Made by a program: the position numbers and the translations under genes. Positions 12,813 to 23,831 of a DNA stretch of 64,000 bases are shown piece by piece; position 1 is the stretch's first letter, and each line of letters starts with the position of its first letter. The DNA is taken from assembly GCF_006345805.1 (NCBI RefSeq), contig NC_042999.1:154194001-154258000 (forward strand). Reading direction: 5' to 3'. The notes under the pieces are model-generated. The model was not told the DNA's origin. It made no database searches and worked only from the letters and a program-made list of their open reading frames with translations. Source of the DNA: Octopus sinensis. Taxonomy: Eukaryota.

Positions 12813-14734
12813 ATATGAGAGATCATATATATATAGAGAGAGACAGAGATAGAGTGAAAGCGAGATTATATATACGTACACATATATACATCTAGCTATA
12901 CTTATAGACACATACAAACATGTATACACACACACACAGAAATTTATATATACAAAAACATGCATGCACACACACACACCTATATAGCTACCAAAACAAA
13001 GTCCTACATGTTTAAGGTCAAATTATCTTCTATTATGTGACCTGCCCAGCTTTCCTTCCTTAATGCTTCAAATCAAACAATCCACTTGATCACTGCTTCA
13101 TTCAGGTCTTTAGTCTAAACTATGAACAGAACACACGGCATAGGAATTTCCTCAACCAATTCCATACAAGAAAATTTCTTATAAGCAAGCTAATGAGGGT
13201 TCCTCATACCATTAGAAATAACAGCCAAATCACCCTCAAATCAAACCTATCTTATGAGAATAAAGGTCACACTGGATAATGTGGTACTAGATAAATTGTC
13301 TGAACAGGTAAAAAAATGGAGAAAGACTGAAAGAGAGGATGGTCACATTTGGAATGTCCTTAGTCTGACATAGCATGTCATCATCATTTAACATCTGTTG
13401 TCCATACTGGCATCGGTTGGATGGTTTGACCAGAGCTGGCGAGCTGGAAAGCTGCACGAGACATCAGTTTGATTTGGCATGGTTTACTACGTCTGGATGC
13501 CCTTCCTGATGCCAACCACTCCGAGAGTGTAATGGGTGCTTCTACATGCCACCAACATGGGTACCATTTGCATAACACCAGTATCTTCCCTGACTATGAT
13601 TTCACTTGGCTTGATGGGTCTTCTTCTCAAGCAGGACAATGACAAAGGTCTAGGTCATTTGTTATTGCCTCTCTGTGGCCCAACGCTCCAAAGGTGCTTT
13701 TTCTTGAAAAAAGTTACCCATGCCTAGGTTAGACAAATGTTTTCTTTACAGATGGATGCCCTTCCTGAAATGAACCCTTACCCATAAGAGATTTGTTTTT
13801 CCACAGCTCTGAGGGTATGAAGCATGGAGGCTAAGTATCTTACTATAGCCTTGGGCCGACCAAAGCCTTGTGAATGGACTTGGTAGACGGAAACTGAAAG
13901 AAGTCAGGTCAAATATATATATGTGTTCGTCCCCCCCACCATTGCTTGACAACCGATGTTGGTGCAAAAGAAGCCGATAGAATAAGTACTAGGCTTACAA
14001 AGAATAAGTTCTGGGGTCGATTTGTTCGACTAAAGGTGGTGCTCCAGCATGGCCGCAGAGTGTGGTGCAGCCACTGGCTTTCCAGACCTCAGCTAAACTG
14101 TCCAACCTATGCCAGCATGGAAAACGGATGTTAAATGATGATGATGTATATAACTGTATCAATGAATGTGTACATATACAGGCATGTATACATGTGTTTA
14201 ATTTCTACAGTGATTCCACCATAATAAATCTACAATGCCATAAAATGCATGGGCTAAACAAGCAACATTCCAAAATTACATCCCTAACCCGAGAAAGAGA
14301 AAAGGGACAGACTCAGCATGGTTAAAGTCATTAACATAGTTGCCTGGCAACTAATAAGTATATAGTTGTCATTAAGCAGTTGAAATAACCATAAAAAACA
14401 ACAAAACCCAAAGCTATTAACTTGCTCATATAATGTGTGTGTGTGTGTGTTTCCAGACATTGTATTTTTATATTAGTCATAAAACCCATCACATAGCAAG
14501 TCATAATCATTTGGAATTCTTTAAATTGGAAAGTGGCAGAACTGGGAGACCAATGGAGAAAATACTTTTATTGTATTTTTTCCAGTTCTTCATGAGATCA
14601 ACATTGCCCGTCATTTTCTTTCCAGGATTGATCAAATAAAGTACCAGTCAAATACTGGAGTTCACGGTACTGACAATGCCCCTCCCTTCAAAAACTGTTG
14701 ATCTTGCACCTACATTAAGAAGCATTAATTGAAA

Positions 14735-15190
14735 GAATTCGATGAAGGAGGAAGCAAGTCAAGAATATGGTTTGTTCATTAACTGTGACAAAACGGAATC
14801 GCTAATTATCTCTGAATCATATAATCCAGATAATCCTCTGATAGCTGATAAACTGTCAAAGAGTTGAAGGAGTCTTGCAATGCTGGGATGCTGGGAGTAT
14901 TATTAGAAATCAATGCAATGACAGCCAAGAGATAAAATGAAGAACTGCATTAGCCAAATCTGCTGCTGTTGCTTCTTCAAACTACATTTGGGAACAAACA
15001 TCCATGAATAAGGAACAAAGGCCAACTTGGAACTGTTGGCCACTTTGACATTTGGTGTTTCCAATGGGAACCAACATATGGATCTGCATGCTGGACTCAT
15101 AAAATAGCTGAGAGAAAGGGAAAAAAACGACAGAGGATTTTCAAGTTTGGTGTTATAAAAGAATGCTAAGAAGTACTTGGAGAGAAACAG
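14735..15190 (+). mobile_element. Decayed RTE-clade LINE ORF2 fragment
   Basis: Translates with stops/frameshifts to YGLFINCDKTE..GSII..QEIK*RTALAKSA..FQVWCYKRMLR..W, matching the RTE RT-thumb/C-terminal motifs. Confidence 0.8.
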
Positions 15191-15443
15191 GGAAACACAA
15201 TATTATTATTATTGTTATTAATAGTAGCATTGAATTAGTGGGCAAAATGCTCTGCAGTACTTAATTCTGTCATTAGCCAACTTCCACCAAGGTAAACTTA
15301 GCCTTTTACTTCCCCCAAGATCAACAAAATAAACACCAGTCAAGTATACATAGCATGATTAAATCTACCAACATCATTTGAAATATATGGCCTTGTCCCT
15401 AAAGTTATAAAAAATTATTATTATCATTATCATTATTATTATT

Positions 15444-15794
15444 ACCTCCACTTTAGCGAAGGTGGAGGTATTGTTTTTAGTCACATTTGTTTGCTTGTTT
15501 CTTTGTCCATGGACAAGATACCTCAAAAACCGCTGGATGGATTCGGATGAATCTTCCAAGGATGTTTGGCCTCGTGACTGGCATAAACTGATTACATTTT
15601 GGGATCAATCCAGTAACAGACAAGGATTCTGGATTATTCTTCCTGTTTTCTTTTACTTAATTTTTGAGAGCAGTCGGGTTCATTTTTAGTATTCTCATTT
15701 CTGAGAGCAGTCAAGTTTATTTCAGATATTTTCATGTTAAAAATCATCCCTGGCTAACCTTTGAGAGGACTTTGGTGTTGCTTGGCAGAGGTTT
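15444..15794. mobile_element. Helentron/HINE-like non-autonomous element
   Basis: Terminal hairpin ACCTCCAC..GTGGAGGT after (ATT)n, internal short tandem repeat, CTTGGCAGAGGT at the other end. Confidence 0.45.
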
Positions 15795-16510
15795 CAGGGT
15801 CAATAAATTAAGTACCAGTGGGGTCAATGTAATTGACTAGTCCCTTCCCCCAAAAGTTCAGGCCTTGTGTCTTTAATAGAAAAGATTATTATTTTTATCA
15901 AAAAAATTGAGTTCGAACCCTGCAAAAGTCAACTTTGCTTTTCATCATTATAAGGATGAGGGAAATAATACAAGCCAAGCACTGAGTGTGGAGATATACA
16001 TAACATTGGTGAAGAGGACATTAAAGAGATTTGGTCTAAGCACACAGCCCTACTTAATGACATAGATGTAGTGCACCTGAGCACTGTACACAATGTTTTT
16101 ATTATTATTATTATTATTTTTAAATGTAATAAACTGCACATTTCTGCAAAACCTGTTTACCCTTCCTAGGAATCATTGTTATTTTATGAATCACCACTCA
16201 AAGGGAAACCTTTTATTGAATCATCATCATTTAAAGTCCATTGTCCATGCTGGCATGGGTTGGATGGTTCAACTGTTAAAAAGAATTATGTGTATAATGG
16301 TGAAGAAATAATACCATAGATTTTTTTCCAACTTCTTGTATTGAGATTATATATACATATATATACACACACACGTTTGTGCGAACACACATACACACAG
16401 AGTGGAACCTTGGTTTAGGAATTTAATTTAATCCTGAAGATCGTTTGCTACCCGAAACATTAGTGCACGTTCTTGCTCAAATTTGCTGTGCCTTCTCATA
16501 AATTTCTTAC

Positions 16511-16630
16511 AGGAGAAATAGTTTCAGTACACAAAGTGAAAACCAGACAATAACCGATGCCTTTCCACCGATACTCCCAGCTTGTCTTCAACCATTGCTG
16601 CCAGCTTGCATGTTTGTCACCCAAGACGTT
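16511..16630 (-). CDS. Candidate exon (120 nt, phase 0-0); NVLGDKHASWQQWLKTSWEYRWKGIGYCLVFTLCTETISP
   Basis: Donor CCT|GTAAGA, acceptor ttattcaaacatAG; one open frame; peptide unrecognised. Confidence 0.3.
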
Positions 16631-17335
16631 CTATGTTTGAATAATTCTCCATAAACCAATTTGATGACGACAAAAGGTATTATAAATCGAGATTCCACCA
16701 TACATATATGTGTGTGTGTGTGTGTCTTCGTGTCACTGCCTTGTTTTGTATTTAGCAGTAGGTCAGCTCTGATCAAACAGATCCCTAATCCAAAGCATTC
16801 CAGCCAGGAACGTACTTTTTCTCGCTCTCAGACATTGTGTATTAAGGACTATATCATCTACTGTTTTACTTTTTTCATGATAGTAAGATGTGATTCGAAA
16901 GAGATTTGGCTTCTATTTCTAGCAAATTGAACAGCCAGTTGATGGTTCCCTTGTTCACTGAAAATCTACAATTTTTCTGCTTAGATTTACGTAAAACTTT
17001 AATTCTGGTAATAATTTCCCAAGAAACTTATTTGTCTTGCCAGAAACATTAAAATTTCATCTCATTCACAACTGAAGTGGAGATAACTGTGTATTATAAA
17101 TAGGGACAAGGGGAACAACTCGGCCTTCTATTTATTACTATTAATATATAGCAAATAAAATAGTGGCTAAGTCACATGTAAAGCTCCTTGAAGCTAACTT
17201 AGTTATTTTAGTTGAGTCAGTCACTTGATACCCTGGGTTTCGCCTGTGGGTGCCCAGAGACGTCAGGTAAATTAGATAGATACTATGTATCTGCAGGCGA
17301 AACTCAGAGTAGCAAGAGACTGGCTCAAACAAAAC

Positions 17336-17483
17336 AGAAACATTAAATCTCTACTATGGTATCTAACTTTCTTCTGACAGTCAACACTCAAAGGGGATAT
17401 ATATATATATATATATATATATCCCCTTTGAGTGTTGACTGTCAGAAGAAAGTTTGATACCATAATAGAGATTTAATGTTTCT
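17336..17483. repeat. 148-bp palindrome centred on (AT)13
   Basis: 61-bp arms with 2 mismatches. Confidence 0.9.
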
Positions 17484-17500
17484 ATATATATTTATATATA

Positions 17501-17718
17501 AGGCGATCTGGCAGAAACGTTAGCGCGCTGGGCGAAATACTTAGCGGTATTTCGTCTGCCATTACGTTCTGAGTTCAAATTCCGTCAAGGTCGACTTCGC
17601 CTTTCATCTTTTCAGGGTCGATAAATTAAGTACTAGTTACGCACTGGGGTCGTTGTAATCGACTTAATCCCTTTGTCTGTCCCTGTTTGTCCCCTATGTG
17701 TTTAGCTCCTTGTGGGCA
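17501..17718 (+). mobile_element. tRNA-derived SINE family C
   Basis: GGCG..CTGGCAGAAACGTTAGC head, GAGTTCAAATTCC B-box, GACTTYGCCTTTCATC body; same family at 54833-55070 (+) and 6195-6420 (-). Confidence 0.85.
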
Positions 17719-17896
17719 CGTAAAAAGCATCCACTACACTCACGGAGTGGTTGGCGTTAGGAAGGGCATCCAGCCGTAGAAACACTGCCAGATTTAACTG
17801 GGCCTGATGAAGCCTTCTGGCTTCACAGACCCCAGTAGAACCGTCCAACCCATGCTAGCATGGAAAACGGACGCTAAACGATGATGATGATGATGA
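17718..17896 (+). mobile_element. Young 5'-truncated family B copy fused to SINE C
   Basis: Shares diagnostic bases with 54114-54414. Confidence 0.85.
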
Positions 17897-19186
17897 TATA
17901 TACACACACACACACTAATTGTATATACATGAGTAAATTATACATATATATATATATATATACACACACACATATACACACACTGATTCTATAAACATGA
18001 CCAGGCGTCTTCCCAACAAGATACTATTAGCTGCTCATGTGTGCATTAAATGATTTATCTCTAACTGGCTGAAGTACTCTGTTGAGCTTATCTTAATGGA
18101 ACAGTAAATTATATCATCATCACACACAGAGTATTTAGGATTCATAATATAAGATCAAGATAAAATCAATAAGTGATTTGAGTTTCATGTGACTGAAATA
18201 TGAAAAGTCTTGTATTTGCTGTGTTTGCTTAACTCCAGATCATTGCTTATCAAGGCAGCCTATGATTAAAGGCATCCATGCAATGACTACCCAGACTTTT
18301 AGCAGGCATCGTTTATCTAGGATTACATTAGACTGTGTCCCTCCTTTTTAACATGGTAGGACGTCATATAAATTACAGGTGCTATTTCTTGTAGGCTGAG
18401 CCATCACTTAGTATTGGAAAGGTACAAGGTCTTAGAAAATCTGCCTTGGCATATTTTATCTGACCAATGCCAAAATGGAAAAGTGGTAATTAAAGTGTGT
18501 GTATGTAAATACACACACACACACACACACACACACGCATATATATATATAAGTCCAACCCATGCTAGCATGGAAAACGGACGCTAAACGATGATGATGA
18601 TGATGATGATATATATATATATATAACACATATACACACCATCCATCTGCATAAGTGCTGGATGGCAATGTTGATACAGGTTTCTCTTTGTAACCCCCAA
18701 AAGCATAGTCTCAAGTTCTATCTCACAGTATGGAACAAACTGATGCCTTGTGAGTGGAATTGTTAGATGGAAACAGTAACAGGACTCCATCATGGGCAGA
18801 TATGTTTTTCTCAGAGGAAAGAAAACAAACAGCATCACTTGCACGAGTCATGCTTCTTTACAGCCATCATCTGACACATGTATGTGTGTGTGTATGTATG
18901 TATGTATGTATGTATGTATGGGAGGGTCATCATGCTGGTAATAATAAACACACACACTGGTTCGGTCCTTTATTGTTATTGTTTTTGTTCAGTATTGTTC
19001 ATGATCTTTTTTCTTTGTCAAATACAAAAAAAAAACAAAAACAATATTGAACAATAAAGGACTGTTTATTATTACTGGCATAATGCCCCTCCCAAGATTC
19101 AATAGTATTTTTTTCAACACACAAATTCACATCAACAAGCTGTAAACGAAATACAAATACAAACTATATATACATGTATATGTATA

Positions 19187-19694
19187 CAGGGTTATTCAAA
19201 AAAGAATGAACCGATTTCATTACACAATATTTTGATAAAGAAAAGCAATAGAAAAACTCCAGCTAAGTCACACGTATTTACTCACAATCACCTTTTATTT
19301 CCTGTCTTACGAGTGTTCAATGTGGCCAACACCTGCAGCAGCGACATCAATGCGATGAGAGAATTCCTCCCAGACGCGTATCAGCATATCACGATCCACT
19401 GAGTGTGTGAACCACTGTGTGATTTTTTTTTCTTGTAGGGATACATAAAAGATCAAATAACAACAGCGATCAACTCAGTGGATCGTAATATGCTGATACG
19501 GGTCTAAGAGGAATTCTCTTATCGCATTGATGTTGTCCGTGCTGCAGGTGGTGGCCACATTGAACACTTGTAAGACAGGAAATAAAAGTTGATTGTGAGT
19601 AAATACTTGTGACCTAGCTGGAGTTTTCTATTGCTTTTCCTTATTAAAATATTGCGTAATGATATCAGTTCATTCTTTTTTAAATAACCCTATG
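19187..19694. mobile_element. Tc1/mariner (maT-like) derived MITE with ~210-bp inverted arms
   Basis: TA|CAGGGTTATTC...AATAACCCT; right arm encodes DFFFL*GYIKDQ..DRNMLIRV*EEFSYRIDVVRAAGGGHIEHL*; left arm is its inverted copy. Confidence 0.85.
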
Positions 19695-20419
19695 TATATA
19701 AAACACAAGCCAATGAGATTCCATCTCATTCAGTTCTTGCTTTAGTGGCAGATCCAATCAAAAGGAATCTCAACAGACTCACTGAACTCGCTAGAAATAG
19801 CAGCAGAAATCTCTCTCAAGTCACACGGTACCATATTAAATAAGGTAAAGCTATACTAGATAATCTGGTTCTACATACACCTAACACAAGAAAAGGTCTT
19901 GCTGCATTATCTCTGATTGCAATTTATAATAACTATTGTTCTGGGTCAGGAACAAAAAGCTCTGTGTTTGAGTAATTGCTACTGTTTAGCATTAGGTCAA
20001 CTTTGATTAAAGCATTCCAGCCATGTCAATCCCCCCAGCTTTTTTTTTTTCCAGAAAATATATCTTTTACTTGTTTCAGTCATTAGACTGTGGCCATGCT
20101 GGGGCACCACCTTGAAGAACTTTTAGTCAAACAAATCAACCCAACCACTTATTTTTTGTTGAGCCTGGTATATATATATATCGGTCTCTTTTGGCGAACC
20201 CCTAAGTTATGGGGACATGAACACACCAACAATTGTTGTCGAGCAGGTATTTGTGTTAGGGATCAAACACTTAAACAAGCTTCTTTCAGTTTTTGTCTAT
20301 CAAATCTAAGTTTTGGTCAGGCCGAGGTTGTAGAAGACACCAAAGGTGCCACGCAGTGGGGCTAAGCCTGGAGCCAAGTGATTGGGAAGCAAACTTCTTA
20401 CCACAGAGCCACGTCTATG

Positions 20420-20817
20420 GGATCTTTTCGGTTTGAACGGCAGTTTTTTCTAGCGGTGTCATATGAAATTGTCACCCATAATTATGACCCTAGTATCAAT
20501 CTATTGCATTTCAATCTGTTTTAGGGTTAGAGTTAGGGGTGGGGGGAAGGGTATCTTTTTTTCTTCAGAAATATAAATAAACCCAATCTGTTTCTTAAAC
20601 GAGGGACATATTCATAAGGCACAGAATGTTCTTTACCTCAATACACGTCATTGATTGGTAGAAATTGCAGAAATTGAAGGAAAAAAAAAACAACAAATAT
20701 CTTACAAACCATCTTACAAACTTCTCAATAAAGCCAAGAGAAAAAGATGTTTTATAAACACATTCTACCAGTATACGAAGTTTAAAAGTGTTTAGTTAGG
20801 TCAAACCGAAGAGATCC
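20420..20817. mobile_element. Second copy of the Merlin-like MITE, inserted in a SINE head
   Basis: Same sequence; partly deleted right TIR; degenerate TSD CGTCTATG/CACCTATG. Confidence 0.75.
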
Positions 20818-21280
20818 CACCTATGTATCCTAGAACTATTATATACGGTGTGCTTTGTTTTTTAAGACGTTAGGGTGTAGTGAGAGGAATTTGGTTGTTA
20901 TTTCTAGCAGGTCGAACAACCATGTAGCGGTTCCCTCGTTTGATGGAAGGGAAGTAGAACTAAGCAGTGACGTTCATGGCTTTCCCAAGAACATCAACAG
21001 ACTACGTTGAGAGAAATATATTCAATCACCTCGAAATTATCGTCTGCCACACGACTGAATTTACTTCTTTTACACAATGAAAGCGACAGAGATTGTGTGG
21101 CTTTCAATCATTTCCACCAAAGAGGAATAATGATATCAATAAAGTAAAATGCGAGTGCCAATAACAACTGGTTGAGACCGAAGTTTTCGACAATGGTTGT
21201 TTCAGCAGTTAAAGGGAAGTAACTCAAACAGTCCAAACCAATTCAGTGACGTTTGAGAAAGTAAGAAATAAAATTATTTT

Positions 21281-21842
21281 CAGGGTGGAAAAAGTCATGC
21301 ACAAAATAAGCTCAAAATGCTCCAGAATTGCCAAAGGCATGCTTCAAATTGTCTAAAATTGAATAAAATAAATAAAATAATGATGAATACACACATACTC
21401 GTACATGATGAACAAAACGAATAATAATTATAATAACAATTGCAGCGTGGAAGGTGTTTGTAAGCCATTTAAGAAACACACAAAAGCCGTTCGATTCACT
21501 TCAACATTTAAGTTTAATTTGTCAAAATATTTTCATCGCTTTGAGACCGCGACCTGTTCACTGACAAAGTCCGTGCTGCATCTGGACTTTGTCAGTGAAC
21601 AGGTCGCGGTCTGAAAGCGACGAAAATATTTTGACAAATTAAACTTAAATGTTGAAGTGAATCGAACGGCTTTTGTGTGTTTCTTAAATGGCTTATAAAC
21701 ACCTTCCACGCTGCAATTGTTTTCGTTTCAGCACACGATCTCAGATCAAATTACTTGCTATGCGAGTACATCTCCGTAATTATAATAACGGAATATTAAT
21801 AAAATGTGAACGGTTTTGGTGCATTACTTTTGGACCACCCTA
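21281..21842. mobile_element. Tc1-type MITE hosting a fold-back element
   Basis: CAGGGTGGAAAAAGTCATGCAC ... GTGCATTACTTTTGGACCACCCT imperfect TIRs. Confidence 0.6.
21435..21780. mobile_element. Palindromic fold-back element (138-bp arms, 11-nt spacer, extra right-hand extension)
   Basis: 21435-21572 is the near-perfect reverse complement of 21584-21721; second copy at 10157. Confidence 0.85.
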
Positions 21843-21994
21843 CAATTCCAAATGGTTTTAGCCAGGTTCAGTCCCACTGCAAGGCAACTTGGTCAAGTGT
21901 CTTCTACAATAGCGTTGGGCCGATCAGAGCCTTGTGATTAGGTTTGGTAGATGGAAACTGAAAGAAGCGTGTCATATATGCGCATGCGCACCCC

Positions 21995-22166
21995 TCTTTT
22001 ACTTGATTGTCATTTGACTGTGACCATACAAGAGCATTGCCTTTAGTCGAGCAAATCGACCTAGTACTTATTCTATCGATCTCTTTTGCCGAAACGCTAA
22101 GTTACGAGGACGTAAACACACCGGTATTGGCTGTCAAGCGATGTTAGTGGAACAGACAGACACACA

Positions 22167-22201
<35 letters not shown>

Positions 22202-22381
22202 GACGGGCTTCTTTCAGTTTCCGTCTACCAAATCCACTCACAAGACTTTGGTCGGCCCGGGCCGACACATGCCCAAGGTGCCATGTAAAGACACATGCTC
22301 AAGGTGCTATGCAGTGGGACTGAACCCGAAACCATGTGGTTGGTAAGCAAGCTACTTACCACACAGCTACTCCTGCGCCTA
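21995..22381 (-). mobile_element. SINE family A
   Basis: Same family, small internal rearrangement. Confidence 0.85.
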
Positions 22382-22572
22382 AGTAATTTTTGTAAATGTA
22401 TGTCATCCATTTCCGATATTCTACAAAAACATGTCCAACTCTGGGGAAAATATTACTTTGCTTGGAAACAGATGAGGTTTGATGACAGGAAGAGCATCCA
22501 GTCATAGAAAAATTTGCTTTAAACTCCAGCTCTTCTTACATGGAAAAGTAGACATTAAAATGAACTATTTAA

Positions 22573-22790
22573 CCCTTTTGATACCAACCCAGCTGAAACT
22601 GCCTCTGGTTCTGTAGTACAAATCTCTTGTTTTCAAAAGTTCTAAAGTTTCAAAATCTTCCAATCTTAGTCACAATTTATGTTCCTAACACCAGCTTAAT
22701 GATAACGTGATTCTACTAAATTCTTTGTCATATCTAAAATTAATTGAAAGAAACACAGAACATATCAAAAGAAATATGTTAATGAAAGGG
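22573..22790. mobile_element. piggyBac-like MITE
   Basis: TTAA|CCCTTT...AAAGGG|TTAA. Related copies at 28301-28520, 33003-33224 and 60970-61191. Confidence 0.85.
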
Positions 22791-23708
22791 TTAAGTGGAG
22801 TACCAAGCCCAACCCTAAGTTAACCAGACTCAGAAAAAATCCTGGTCTCTTAAAATGACAATTCTATAATGCTTAAAATACTTTGTGTATTTCACAGTCA
22901 GTAAATATTTAGATTGAGATTAATTAGCTAAATAATTAATAATTTCACACATGGAGGCAAAGTGGCTGAGTTCCTTTCATGTGTTGGGCCTCAAGGAGGC
23001 AATGACCAAGACCCTTGGCATTATATTGTGCTTAAGACCCATCAAGCCAAGCAAAATTGCAGTCTTGGCAGATACCAGTGTCATGCAAATGGCACCGGTG
23101 CTGGTTTCACATAAAAGCACCCATTACACTCTTGGAGGGGTTGCCATTAAAAAGAGCATTTCAGCTACAGAAAACCATGCCAAGTCAGACTGGAGTTTGG
23201 TGAAGCCTTCCAGCTTACCAGCCTTGATCAAACTATCCAACCCATGCCAGGTATGGACAACGGAAGTCAAATGATGATGAATAAAGATGGAAGAATTTTA
23301 CTTTTTATAATTTAATATTTTCCTAAATTCTATATAAGCACTTCACTTAGTGGTTAGGGTATTTGGCAAAAAATCGCAAGGTCTCGATTTCGATTCCTGG
23401 TTTCTTGTGTTCTTGTGCAAGACACTTTATTTCATGTTGCTCCAGTTCACTCAGCTGGCAAAAATGTGTTGTACCAGTAATTCAAAGGGACCCACCTTGT
23501 CACATTCTCTTGTCAGACTGTATCTCCCTGAGAACTACGTTAAGGGTACATGTGTCTGTGGAGTGCTTGCACTTTAATTTCATAAGCAGGCTGTTCCACT
23601 GAACAGATCAATTAGAACCCTTGTCATTGTAACCAAGAGTTACCATCATTATCAAAGTGACAGTTATAAATTATAAGGATTCTGCAGAGTGAGCTTATTG
23701 AAACTCAC

Positions 23709-23831
23709 TCTGAGATCAAGATTAGAATAATGTAGACGCACATCTCGCTCATCTAGATGATTAAATGATACATTTGAACCAAGAAATCCAAAGATGCTAT
23801 GCTTGAAGTAAAAGAAATTCCGTCCTTGAAT
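23709..23831 (-). CDS. Candidate internal coding exon (123 nt, phase 0-0) of an unidentified gene; IQGRNFFYFKHSIFGFLGSNVSFNHLDERDVRLHYSNLDLR
   Basis: Minus strand: branch-like CTAAC + atttctgccacAG acceptor, GTGAGT donor; one frame fully open, the other two closed; unique sequence. Peptide not recognised. Confidence 0.6.

Noticed and set aside
12578-12977. ORFs rich in YI, CV, HT and LS dipeptides here and throughout the ORF track
   Set aside because: Translations of (TA)n, (TG)n and (GA)n microsatellites.
14586-14700. Apparent plus exon LHEINIARHFLSRIDQIK after a strong acceptor
   Set aside because: The sequence is a decayed SINE body (CTTTGCCTTTCATCC..AATAAGTACCAG).
16525-16617. Minus frame KLAAMVEDKLGVSVERHRLLSG, reminiscent of a ubiquitin-like fold
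   Set aside because: Closed by stops on both sides with no compatible splice sites; too short to support.
17804-17826. CTGATGA-AGCC(TTCT)GGCT, also near 54320, looks like a hammerhead core plus stem II
   Set aside because: Followed by TCAC, not GAAA, with no stem III; other family copies read CTGGTGCAGCC.
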